Source of the DNA: Cyanophora paradoxa CCMP329
Lineage: Eukaryota; Plantae; Glaucophyta
DNA: 64,000 nt
Direction of reading: 5' to 3'
Assembly (NCBI GenBank): GCA_004431415.1
Contig: QPMI01000496.1
Span: 310,001-374,000 of the forward strand
The position numbers and the translations under genes were made by a program. Within the stretch, counting starts at the first letter, position 1, and each line of letters opens with the position of its first letter. This document shows, piece after piece, positions 9,889-21,361 of the stretch. The notes under the pieces are model-generated. The model was given only the letters and a program-made list of their open reading frames with translations, made no database searches and had not been told where the DNA came from.

Positions 9889-10132
9889 GTTTTTGCCGAC
9901 CGTTTTTGCTGACCGTTTTTGCTGACGTCGACCTGGTTTTTGCTGACCGTTTTTGCTGACGTCGACCTGGTTTTTGCTGACGTCGACCTTGTTTTTGCTG
10001 ACCGTTTTTGCTGACGTCGACCTGGTTTTTGCTGACGTCGACCTTGTTTTTGCTGACCGTTTTTGCTGACGTCGACCTGGTTTTTGCTGACGTCGACCTG
10101 GTTTTTGCTGACGTTGACCTTGTTTTTGCTGA
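9889..10132. repeat. Subterminal tandem array of 12- and 21-bp units (core GTTTTTGCTGAC, +/- GTCGACCT(G/T))
   Basis: Directly visible mixed array of CGTTTTTGCTGA and CGTCGACCT(G/T)GTTTTTGCTGA. Confidence 0.95.
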
Positions 10133-10415
10133 GCCCGCGGGGGAACGGTCGCCCGCATAAGGACGGAAAAAATCGCGTTTTTTTTTGGGACCCGCCAGGA
10201 GTCGATCCAGTTACAAATGAAAACTGAGCGCAGCATCCTACCACCTCGGCTAATGGGGCGGAAAAAGTAGAACTATGGGGAGCCCCTCCGCAACCGCGAA
10301 AGGAGACCCTTATACCACACTCGACAGACCGCATGGGTCTTCTATGGTTTTTCTGAGTATCATCACACGCCTTTTTCTTGTTTCTTCTAAGATTGTAATT
10401 TGCTTCGTAGAACAA

Positions 10416-10588
10416 GGCCTCGGACCCAACGGAGCAACAACGATTTACACGCGAAATTGAATTACTGTAGTAGCAAATTGCACGACTGTGCAGCGAGCGC
10501 AGCGAGCTGCACTGCTGTGTGTCACATTTGCTATGCAGCGCTTCCGCTTCGTGGAAACCGCAGTTGTTGCTCCGTTGGGTCCGAGGCC
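10416..10588. mobile_element. MITE-like element, perfect 26-bp terminal inverted repeats
   Basis: GGCCTCGGACCCAACGGAGCAACAAC (10416-10441) and its reverse complement (10563-10588); no clear TSD. Confidence 0.7.
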
Positions 10589-12950
10589 ACACAACACTGG
10601 CGCCATGCCACCCTTGCTCGAATCGCCAGCGTCAGCAATGTAGAGTATGTTTTCTGCGGCAAAAGCTCACTAACCTATGATTGTGATCATGAATTCGAAT
10701 TCGAGCTCTATATACGAACCCGGAGTCGTTGCGAGAGCCACTGGGGCAAAGTATCTCGCCGTCGTTGCATTTCCGACGGCCAAACCTTCGAATACGGGCT
10801 TATGTCGCTTCCAAGGCTTTGAAACGCATATGGGAATACAATATCATAGTATAGCTTTAACTAGTAAACGAAAGCACCCACCGCGTTCTATGAGGCTGCC
10901 GTGAATAAAGGTCGAAGTGCAATCGCTGGGCCGCCGCAGTCAATGGACAGCCAAAACGTGCACGAGTGCGCATGCGTGTATATATGCATGCTGACGTTGC
11001 TCGCGATCGTGTGTATATATTTACGAACCTATCAACACGGAAGATGCCTCCACAGCCGGTTGCATTGGATGGATACGAGAAGTCGCCGCAACCAATGTAC
11101 AAATATCCTGCCGATTGCGTCGGCGATTAGCGGCCGGGGTCACAGATACCAGATGCAGTTTGCAATATTATTATACGTATATCGCATGATGGCATCATTC
11201 AGGCAGACTGCGCATGATATCATAGTATGCACGCGTACGCGTACGTGCATGCGCACCGTCGTATGACGAATAATGAATGGCTGCAACCAGATGCGTGCAG
11301 AGCAAAGTTAGCTATGAAGATGACATGTACAGCGCGTGCGCAGCTGCAGCTCCGTCCAGATTACGGATTGAAGGAAGCAAAGCTCACCTGTTATACGTTG
11401 AAAGCTTGCCAAGCTGCCTTGACCTGTGCAGAGATGCGATTAGAACCAAGAATGCAAATATCCTCCTTTGCAATTGCACTCCTAAGTATATATACACACA
11501 CGTGCGCATGCACATTACCTGCAGCGGCAGGAACATCGAGCCTTTGGCCAATGCAGAACCGAGCCGCTCCCACGGCCAGATCGTCGGGATTTCCCGGCAA
11601 ACCCCCAAGATCTGGAGCAGCCGCGGAGACCTCGCCTGCGCATGCCACGGCAAGCGGGCGTCATTTGCGGCAATTGCATGCGAGACTCTGAGAGGTTTAG
11701 CTGATCGAGGCGCCGGCGCCGGCCGCGGGCCGGCATGCGCAGACAATCGCAATTGCAAACCACAAATCTGACCGAGGATTGCAAGTACGAAGATCGCCAC
11801 ATACACGTGCACGTGCACGAATTCGAAGGCGGGGCGTCGCCGACATCCCCGCGGCGGCAGTCGGACGCGTACGTATACGTCCATTCGATGAAGACACCCA
11901 CTGGGCCAGAGCGATCGCGAACTCCGGCAGATTTGCAAGATCTAGATACCTGATCGATCACGAAGAGGACTCCGGGACCAGACAGCTGCAGGCTGCAGGC
12001 TGCCAGGCTGCAGCGCGAGTTCCTAGCTCTAGCTAGTAGCTTTCTACGTACTAACTACGCGCTGTACGGTATACACGTGCACGCAATGTTAATGTTGAAG
12101 TCCGACGGTCCGACGGTCATCGATCACTGTCAACAGTGTCAAGCGCTAGCCATATGCTGCGATGATATGCATCCTACATGAATCATAAACATGATGGCTA
12201 CATCATGGGCCGATGATTCATGGCATGTACTACGGTACAGTCCGACGGTCAAGCCATCCGGTCATAGTACGTAGTACCGTCATACTCGTGTCACGAGTCA
12301 CGACTCACGAGTCGTGTGCAGGCTATACTGTAGATTCAGTGTAGAACTAGCGCTAGCCCTGCGATGAGAATCACGCCTTCGAATCCCGTCCATTCCAAGT
12401 AGGGCACTGGCCGGCGGGTCTAGAACTTAAAGCTTGCACCGGGGCTGGCCCAAAATTCCGAAAGCTTGCACCGGGGCTGGCCCTAGCGGCTTGGCGGCTC
12501 CAAAATTTCGGCTGGCTTGCCAGCGGCTTGCCAGTTACTATGGTACCAATAGCCAGCGCGGCTTGGTCTGGCTTGGTGCAGCTCGCGCTAACTTCACGGT
12601 CTTCACCTATGCTTCGTTCGCCGGCTCGATTGCGAGCCCCGGGCTTGCTGACTTGGCTGACAAGCCGGGGGCTGACTTCTGTACACGCCCCCGCAGTGCT
12701 GGACTCCGGGAGTAGACTAGAGGCAGTGGCCGGTAATTCAATAAACAAAATAGTTAATTTCGGAGGTTTCGAAAATCAAGCTTCGGAATTTCGGTTTCGA
12801 AATTCGTTGTTCCAATTGCCTCTTCGCTCTTCACAGCTCGCCGTCGACGTCACCGTGGTCTCTTTTGTTTTTTTTTGAAAACCGTCGCCTGGATGCAGGT
12901 TCACCGTTCAAATTCGATTAACACATTAGATAAGGGCGCACTAGCGCAGT

Positions 12951-13330
12951 GCACGTGGTAAAATCGCTGGAAAACGACGGTCTGCCTTGGCCAGTGGTCT
13001 TCAAAGGCTAGGGTTCCAATCCCACCAAGTGCAATAGCGACCCACTCGCAGAAGTCCTTCAAGGCTTACAGGACAGCCCACGCGGGCCACGCCCAGTGAG
13101 GCACTGCGGCAGTATCCGCGATGGCCGCGGGGGAGTGACCCGAAAGGGTGGCGCATGGCGCCAACGCTATCAGGATCAGACAGATCGGCGCGCAAGCGCC
13201 CGATCCCATCAGGCCCCCGACCATCCCGGGTCCCTCGTGCGCATGCGGTGGGGGGGCCCGCGTCTGACCAATGGTGTACCGTACCGTGGGGACGGGCGTC
13301 CTCACCCCTCCTGGAACATTAGTATTATAA
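12951..13330 (+). mobile_element. tRNA(Leu-like)-derived SINE-like element
   Basis: Degenerate tRNA head GCACGTG...GGGTTCCAATCCCACCAAGTGCA (B-box-like, long variable arm), body with GAAA/GCAA tetraloop hairpins, AT-rich tail. Confidence 0.5.
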
Positions 13331-13415
13331 TTAATATTGATTCGTTCACGTGCACGTTGTTCCGATCGAATCTTCCGAATCGAATATCGACTTCTGGATC
13401 CGAACTTTGGAATAT

Positions 13416-13592
13416 CGACTAAATATTTCCCGTCTGCTAAAGCTGAGAATTCTGAGGGGTAGCCCCGCCGGACCGTCTCCGCCATACAAAAGCCCCGCGA
13501 AGACCGATCGCGACCTACTAGAGATTTACCAGCCGCTTAAGTGACAGTTTTGGCGAAGTACTAATTATTTTCCTGTACTAAATTAACTAGTT
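13416..13592. repeat. Dispersed repeat (MITE-family fragment), inverted homolog of ~54430-54590
   Basis: e.g. AAGTACTAATTATTTTCCTGTACTAAAT vs ATTTAGTACAGGAAAATAATTAGTACTT. Confidence 0.8.
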
Positions 13593-13796
13593 CTACAGCA
13601 CGTACATTCCTTGCACCAATCCGAGGCTCCGGATCTGGACTCCGAGGCTCTCGAGTCCGGATCGACTACTGTCAGTCTACTGATCGTCACGGCGTGATTC
13701 ATGAATCATGATCATGAGTACCATCACAGTTAGTACCAGTGTACCATTACTACTGGTCCATTAGTAGACTACCGGTACCGGTAGTGGGCCTTACTA

Positions 13797-14027
13797 CTGT
13801 AGGATGGCTATTTTAGCCGTACTTTTAAATTGCCGTATATTGCCGAGACGCCAAATTCGGCAATTTAGAGCCGCGGCAATTCTCAGGGGGTAGGGCTAAA
13901 CGGCCGCTTTTGTATGGCACCATAGGAGAAATCCAGAGTTTCGGCAATTTATCGCCACGGCAATTTCGGTTTTGGCCGAATTCGGCAATTTAACTAGACG
14001 GCAATTTAAGCCATCCGGATCCTACAG
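13797..14027. mobile_element. Tc1/mariner-type MITE (TA TSD)
   Basis: TA|CTGTAGGAT...ATCCTACAG|TA, internal CGGCAATTT repeats. Confidence 0.7.
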
Positions 14028-14098
14028 TAGTGGCAGCACTGGCAGGCACTGGCAGGCAGTGGCAGCCTGGCAGCCTGTTGCAGGCACTGGCAGCTAGG

Positions 14099-14458
14099 CA
14101 CCGATTAATCGGGGTCCTGGGGCGCAGGTGAGGAGGAGGGAGGAGGCGGAGTGGGGAGGAGGAGGCGTGGCGGAGCGGCGGCAAGGGAGGGCGGCGGACT
14201 GCGAGACATTTCACTTCCAGGGCTCATGAGGGATGGAGGAGTTGATCAAGGGGTGGGCGCGTGGGTCTGGTTACGGCTATCACCGAAAACCATGGCTCCC
14301 CCACTCAGGCGAACCTCCCATATTGAGCGACCCATGGCCGGCACCTAGCTAGCACCCTCGGCTAGATAGATGACCCGTCGGAAGGGCACGTCACGTAGAA
14401 CATTGATACATGTGCCGTGGTGTATCAATGCGACGTCCACTTTTGCAAAAAAAAAAAA
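14099..14458 (+). mobile_element. Short or 5'-truncated non-LTR retro-insertion with poly(A) tail and 18-bp TSD
   Basis: CAGGCACTGGCAGCTAGG at 14081-14098 and 14459-14476; A12 tail; 3' hairpin CATTGATACA...TGTATCAATG. Confidence 0.85.
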
Positions 14459-14795
14459 CAGGCACTGGCAGCTAGGGCTGTCGTCACTGAGTGACACTGA
14501 CTCGTCACACGGTCAGTCAGCCCCCCGCGGGCCGCGGCTGGCCCAGTCGCTCCGACGGTCAGCCCCCCTGACTGTGACTGAGTCAGTCAATCTAAGGTTC
14601 AGTCAGGCTACCGTGCAAAAGCTGTGAAAAATGACCCGGAAATCACCCAAGTGCGATCTATCTACCGTCGGGACTCGGGAGCGGCGGAGGAGACCCCCCG
14701 CGGGGGTCGTGTATTTGTTTGAACAAGCGATCCCCTATCTAAGCGACCGGGGAGGCCGACAGACAAGGGCGGTCGACGAGGCGCCGTCTTTTAAT

Positions 14796-15985
14796 TTACA
14801 GATCGACGGCCTCGCCCGAGTTCGAGAGGTACTTGGACGGGTCCAGCCACCCCACGAAGTGCTTGTCCCGCCGCCCGAACTGCGAGTGCACATGCGAGAG
14901 GCGCCCCGGCGGCCCGGCCCCGCGCGTTAGTCAGTTTACTAAGTTACACTCCCCCGGCCGCGGCAGCCGCGGCCGCGGGCCCGTGCATCTGCAGGAAAAT
15001 CAAGCGCATGCAATGCGCACGAAGTGGATGGCACGCGGGCGGATGGTGAGGAGGGTCGTCAGGTGGACGAAGCCTTTCATCGTCGGGTGCGCTTCCACAA
15101 AGGCCGCCTGGTCGATTATATATTAATATATATAAGTGATCATGAGCTCGATCTTGGAAATGGATTGGAAATAAATCCAGAGCCTCGGAGGTCGTATTAT
15201 GTTATGTTCGGCCGAGCGCGCGCGCGCGCCTCGGCGAGAGCCTTGTCGGCGGGCGGCTCCATCTCGCCGAGGATCGTGAGGCGGGGGCAGAGGGCGTCGT
15301 CGGCCAGCCCCGGCGCCACCTCCATCTCGGGGCACCGCCTCGCCGCCACCGTCAGCGACGCCCGCTTGTCCTGCGAGCTTTGCGTTGAGTCTAGATCTAG
15401 ACAATCACACGCATGCATCAGAGTGAACTGCGCACGTGCTTTAGGTTGATGAAGTCGACGGCGTTCCAGGCGAACATGACGGCCGGCAGCCCCGTCCCGT
15501 TGATGTCCGCGATATCTGCGCGTATGCAAATTAAAGCCGCCCGCAAAAAATTTCAAGCACATCTAGATATCTAGAACCGGCGAAATCTCTTCGCGAAAAT
15601 CTGCCGCATGCAGCTCGAGCTCGATCTCATGATCAGCGGCTCAGTCTTAAGATTAATATTGCCGGCGAGCAATTTTCGCACCATGAGCCATGGTGTACGG
15701 CTGGCCGGCGAGCTCCCGCGGCGCGGGCCCGGGCTCGCCGGTGCCGCTGACGTCCTCCGCGAGGAACGTCGCGAGCGTCGCCGCTTTCGCGCCGCGCATC
15801 AGCGCCCGCGCCTCCGCGTACGCGCGCAGCTCCGCGGGGTCGGGATCCGCCGACACGCGTAAGAGGGCTTCGCCGCGCGCCGCGAGATCCTCCGCGCCGC
15901 CCCACTTCGAAGCGGCCGCGAAAGTCGCCGCGAGGACGAGGAGCAGGAGGAGCCGGAGGTTGGAGATTGCCGGTGCCATGGCCAT
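14796..15985 (-). CDS. CREG-like secreted split-barrel (PNPOx-like) protein, multi-exon
   Basis: Signal peptide; ARALMRGAKAATLAT...GQPY; DKRASLTV...CPRLTILG; FVEAHPTMK exons joined by short introns; exact splicing of the last exons uncertain. Confidence 0.7.
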
Positions 15986-16417
15986 CCGCGTCGATTTTGA
16001 TCTGAAGCTGCAGCCAAGCGACGGGCGACAGTCGGCCCCAGCCGGAGAAGAAGGGGAAGGGAGAGGGGGTCAAGGGGAGGGGAGAGGGTGAAGACTGAGC
16101 TCGAGGAAGGGCCAGGCGACCCCAGGCGGAAAACTTCGGAAGAGGGGATGGTGGAAGGGAGGGGGGAGGAGGAGGGGGAGAAAGGAGCGTTGGGAGGGGA
16201 GGGGGAGGGGGAGGGGAGTGCGGGGGAGGAGGGAAACGGGGGAGGGTCAGAGAGAAGGGCGACCCAACGTCAGGCAGGCGCCGCGCGGTCGCGGATGCAA
16301 GGAAACGGAATTGAATTGGCCGCTAACACGCTCTAGAACAGTACTGATACACGCCGCAGCGCGGGCAGTGAAAACCACCGACGCGAGACCCGGCCCCGGC
16401 TCGGCCTAGCGCCGGCG

Positions 16418-19251
16418 CTACGGCTCGTCCACCCAGCGCCCGGCGGAGGCGGCGGCGTGGCCGGAGCCGGCGGGGGGCGAGGGCAGCGCGTCGGCCCCCG
16501 AGGCGCGGAGCAGCTCGTCCTCCAGCAGGATCTAAAGAGATACATTAGAAAGAACCTTGAAGGGCTCTACGAGAGAGAAGAAATGCAAAGGCGCACGTCG
16601 TCGTCGTTGCTGGCGAGGAAGGCGTCGAGGCTCTTCGTAGGGTCGTCGTCTGCGGCGGGCGGGGCGGGGCGGGGCGCCGGCGGCTCAGGGCGGAACGCGC
16701 AAGGACCCGGCGGGGGCGAGAGCGCACCCAGGCCGAGCATGGCGGCCGCCGCGATGGCCCCGCCGGCGGGGCGGCCCTTGGGCGGGAAGGTCCGGTCGTA
16801 GAGCAGGTTGATCACCCGCTCCTGCAACCAAGCCGGGTCGGCCGGGGAGCGGGACGAAAAGGGTCCCGCGGGGAATCGAACTCGGACCTGCGAGAGGAGG
16901 AGCTCCAACACCTTCTCGCGGTCCGCGGGGCCCATCTCCTGCAGCGAAACGTCCGACGCCTTCCGCTGCGCCGAAAGCGGTCGGTCGGCCGCGCCGGTGC
17001 CGCGCGGCTCGGCTACCCCCCCTCCGCCCGCGCACCTCGCCCCCCCTGGAGGCCGCGGTACCCGGGCGCCCGCCGGCGCTGCTCCCCGGCCGCACCCCGA
17101 AGGTCGACCCGGGGGCCCCGCCTGGGGCCGGCCCCTCAGGCAAGGCCGGCAGAGAGACAGAGGGGGGTACGGGGGCTCACTGAACGCGGGCGCGTCGAAC
17201 CCCCCCGAGGCCGCGGTGCCCGGGCGCGTGTGGATCGCCCCGCGCCGCTTCGCGATCTCGCCCTGGGGGCCAAGGCTTGGACCAAGGCAAGGCCGGGGGG
17301 GCGGGCGAGGGGGCGGGGGGCCCGACCTTGACGTGGTCGATGCACTGCCTGAGGAAGACCTCGAGCTCGGTGCGGGCCTGCAGCTCGGCGACGTGGGCCG
17401 TCCGCACGGCCCGCAGGTTCCGCCGCTCGACCTCCAGCAGCCTCTTCAGCCGCCGGATCACCTCCTTGTACCGCGCCTCCGCGTCCCCGCCCAGCGCCCG
17501 GCCCCCGCCCGTCGCCATCCCCGGCTGCCGCCTCGCGTTCTCGTCCATCCTGCGCGCGCGCGAGCCCCGGTTAGATTCCGGGCGGGTGCTTTACTTCTCC
17601 TCTTCCCTTCCCGCGCGGCGCGGGGTGGCGCACATGGCGGCGGTCATCGAGTTGCGCTCCGCCGTCCGCTTCTCGAGCTCCTGCTTCAGCCGCGCGTTGT
17701 CCTTCTTCAGCGTCATCAGCTGCGGCGAGAGCGGGGGCGGCGAGTCAGAGGGGGGTACGCGGTCGTGCGGGCGCGGGTCCCACCTGCCGGACGAGGAACT
17801 CGCGATCGTCCTCCTGCGTCTTGAACTGCTGCTTCAGCCGCGCGTTCTCCTCCTTGTACTGCGGCCGCAGGAACCGGTCAGAAGCCTGGGAGAGCCATCC
17901 CGAGCAAGCCGAGCTTGAGCGGGCGGGCGCACGGCCTGGTTCTGCCTGTGGAGCCGGAGCGCCTCCTCCTTGGTCCACTCCAGCTCCTTGTTCACGTTCT
18001 TCGTCTTCTCGATCCACTCCAGCGCCCCGTCCTCCTTCTGCTCCCCCCGGGCGTCAGGAAGCTGCCCAGGGGTACCGCGTTCCGAGAGAAGGGGAGGGGA
18101 GGGGTACGGGCCTTGTCGCGCTCCTTCTTGAGCTCGACCTGGACCTCGTAGAGGCGCGCCTTGAAGGCTCGCAGGAGGTCCTTCTCCTGGTCTGCGGACC
18201 CGGCCGGGTTCGAACCCGCCCACGCGGAGCGGCCTGGGGGCGCGGACCCTGGAGGGTGTTGACGGTCTTCTCCTGGAGGTGGCCGATACCCTCGAGGATC
18301 TGGCTGTGCAGCGCGCGCAGGCGGTACATGCCGCCCTGCTCGGCCTCCTGTCGCCCCAGCGTCGCCTTGTCCAGCAGGCTCTTCAAATTGTCGATCGTCT
18401 GCTTGTACTGCGCCTCCCGCCGCATGTAGCTGTCCTGCGGCGCCCGTCGGCGGCGGCGGCGGCGAGGGCGGCGGCGCGCGGGGCGGGGCGCACCTGGCGG
18501 CGCTTCATGTCGGCGAGGAGCTCGTTGTTCTCGCGCTCGAGCAGCCTCGCCCGCTCCTGCACCTCCGCGAAGCTCTCCGGCACGTCCCGCTCCTTGTCCT
18601 GCGCCCGAGCAGCGTGAGCTGCGCCCGGCCACGGGCGCCGCGGAGGGCCCGGACCTGCATCCGCATGAGCGGGCTCGTCGCCACTCCCGCCGTCGGCGTG
18701 GTTGAGATGCCACGGCTCTGCTCGCGCCCTGTGAGCCCCGGACGCCCTCGCGCCGCGCAAGCTGCGGGGGGGTGCGCACCGGCTGGTTCGCCCGCGTTCG
18801 GGACTGCGGCCGCGCCCCGCTCGTGGGCGTGGTGCCCCGGGACGGCTGCCGCGCTCCCGAAGCGCTCCCGGGCCTCGCGCCGTGCGGGAGCGACGGGCTG
18901 CTTGCTTCATTCCTGCGCCCGCCGAGTGAGGCGGCGGGACGACGACGGCGCGGCGCCCCGCTCACTGCATAGATGTCTTCAGGTCGCCCGTCAGCTCGCG
19001 CATCTTCTTCAGCGACGCTGGCGAGGTGTCCCTGCGGCCGGGCCGAGGATGCGTCTGTGCTTGCGAAGCTTAGCTACGGGGCGGGGCGCGCACGATGTCG
19101 GTGGCATCGGCTGTGAAGAGCTAGGATTGGACTGCAGTTTCTCCTGCGCGGGGGCCCAAATGAGGCCCTCCAGCCCGCAGCCGCGGACGTGTTCGAGAGC
19201 ACGCGGGCGCACCAGCCGCTCCGCTAGGGAGTCCGGCGCTGACTTCTTCAT
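16418..19251 (-). CDS. Coiled-coil protein of unknown function, multi-exon
   Basis: Exons such as RYKEVIRRLKRLLEVERRNLRAVR...ELEVFLRQCIDHVK and DREKVLELLLSQ/ERVINLLYDRTFP bounded by GT/GC-AG; boundaries inferred by eye. Confidence 0.7.
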
Positions 19252-19409
19252 CTGGCCGGTCCTGGCGCCCTGTTCGCTCGTCTTCTGGGGTTCCTCGGAA
19301 GGAGGCCGGTTTTGGTCCTGTGCTTCGATTCGCCTGTACCCGGGGCTTCAAAGACAAATCGCTGCGGGCGGGCGCAGGGACGACCCCTTTCGCTCAGCAT
19401 CGTGCCTTG

Positions 19410-20692
19410 CATGACGACGGAAGAGAGCGCGGACGCAGTGCGGCCGGGCAGCAGCGGCGAGTCAAGCTCCGATACTTCCCCAAGGCGCGTGTCGCGCATG
19501 ACGAAGCCGCTAAGGCGAAGCGCGCCCAGCCACCGCATCGACGCCTCGTCTCCCGGACCACCTCTCGACGAGAACTCGCTAGGCTCCCTGATGCTGAACG
19601 ACTCCGAGCCTCCGACGCTTCCCGCGGTACTTCTCGAGGTCGGCATCAACACACCACCCAAACCAGTAGCTACATTGGAAACTCTAAAGCGCATCTCGCC
19701 CGCTTCCCGAGTTCGCGCGGTGCGCCCGATTCAAAACCCTGGCTGGTAGACTCTTAGCCCTGACCGCGCGTCAGGCCCTCGCTTCAAGCGACTCCGAAGA
19801 GGGCTTGGATGAAAGCGCCTCGGATCGGGCGGAAACACCCAGCATTCAGACGCGGACCATCGCTCCTCGTTCGGAGTGTTCGCAGAAGCGGCACGCGCGG
19901 TGCGGGAGGGCCCTGCGCGCGGTTTCTGAGCGATCCTCATCGCCTTTCAGATCGGGAGAGACCGGCGTCGCGCGCGGGGTCGTCGGCGAACCGGAGGTCG
20001 AGGTCGAGCGGCTGCGGACGGAGCTGTCAGCCCCACCCCGCCCCCTCAGCTCGCCCCGCGCTCACGCGCGCTCCGCGCAGAGCGATGGCGCGCGCGCGGG
20101 CAGAGGACGCTGAGCGCGCATTGGCCGCGCTAGCGCTCGAGCGGGAGGCGGCCGAAGAGTCGCGGGACGCGTTGGAGACCGAGCTCACGCGCGTGTTGAA
20201 GCAGGCGAGCGCTCCCATCATCCGTCGGCGCGCTCGATAAGTGGCAGCCTGCATGACTCGACTCGGCGGCCGCAGATGCGGGATGACCGCGCGGCGGCGC
20301 GGGAACGGGAGCTGGCGCTTGCCGCGCAGCACAGCGCCGAGTGCGTGACGTTTATTTCGGACATCCACCAGTCCCTCGAGTGCCGGAGGATGGTGCGCGC
20401 GCGTCCCGCCGATCGCGGCGCCCGGCCCGCGGTGCGCCCCCTCACACAGACCGCCGCGCAGCTGGAGGCCCGCGTCTCGGAGCTGGAGGAAGCACTGCGA
20501 ACGCAGCGGGCGGCGGCGGCGGCGGCGGCGGCCGGCGGCGGCTCGCAGCTCTCGTGGTGCGCGGAGCGGCCGGAGGTGGGGTCCAGGCACGCGGGGGCCG
20601 GGGCGCCCCGGGGGGCGGGCGGGGAGGACCTCGTCGGCTGCTCCCCGGGCTGGTTCTCCACCTGCCGGCGGCCCGCCAACCCCTGCAGCTAG
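19410..20692 (+). CDS. Hypothetical coiled-coil protein, multi-exon
   Basis: MTTEESADA... start divergent from the previous gene; coiled-coil exons AEDAERALAALALERE, QLEARVSELEEALR. Confidence 0.5.
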
Positions 20693-21005
20693 CCCCCGCC
20701 TCACGCCCAGTCCCCTGCGTCCCGGCCCTCCCTTTTTCTCAGCCTCCCCATCATCGCTCAGTTTTTTTTGACGTGCTCCTTATTTTAGCCCTTTTTCTCG
20801 CTTTTTGTATGTATGATTGTGCATGTAAGGCGAAACAATGTATATACGTAAGTACTGGCTGCTGGCTTTGGCTCCTAGGGGTTCGAGATCATCTGAGCCC
20901 CTGTCTCCCTCTTTTCCCCTCCTCTCTCCCCCTGCTCTTCGTCCCTCGCCCCCCGCCTCCATCCCGCTCTCCTCTCCTCCCCTTCTCCCCTCCCCCTTCA
21001 CGCCG

Positions 21006-21036
<31 letters not shown>

Positions 21037-21361
21037 CCCCTCCCCTTCTCCTCCTCCCCTCATGATCAACCCCTCTCTTCAGCTCAGTTCAGTAATTATA
21101 ACTCTTATTGCGCATCTAGAACGGACAGCCCCTTAAGCTTGAGAACGCTTCCTCGGACCATGATTTAGAGCTCGATCGCGAGGCTCCAGTTGCAAGGCAG
21201 CTCATCCTCTAGCCCGAGGCAGCTAAACCCTTCGATTCTCCTTCCCCTAGCTCCCCTAGACCTCCCCCCCCTCCCTCCCTCCGCGTCCTTGCCCCAAGTT
21301 CATTTCAGTTCGTCGTCGTGCAGATTTAATTATAGCTGCAGCCCGCCGCCGCCGCGCAAAG

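Larger units (their letters stand above)
1..10321. mobile_element. Endogenous Polinton/Maverick-like (PLV/virophage-related) DNA virus, right arm; left part outside window
   Basis: Intronless, compact, lower-GC block containing a pPolB plus an RVE integrase (the Polinton hallmark pair), fibre-like genes, a subterminal repeat array and a putative ...CACACT-3' terminus, followed by intron-rich host DNA. Confidence 0.9.

Noticed and set aside
9889-10132. CRISPR array
   Set aside because: Units are contiguous with no unique spacers, no cas genes are present and the context is eukaryotic.
9835-10592. ORFs of 133 and 241 aa
   Set aside because: They are open only because the repeat units are multiples of 3; low-complexity translations straddling the element end.
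12951-13034. Functional tRNA, including tRNA-Sec (CTTCAAA)
   Set aside because: D and anticodon arms do not pair properly, and CTTCAAA falls in the variable-arm position.
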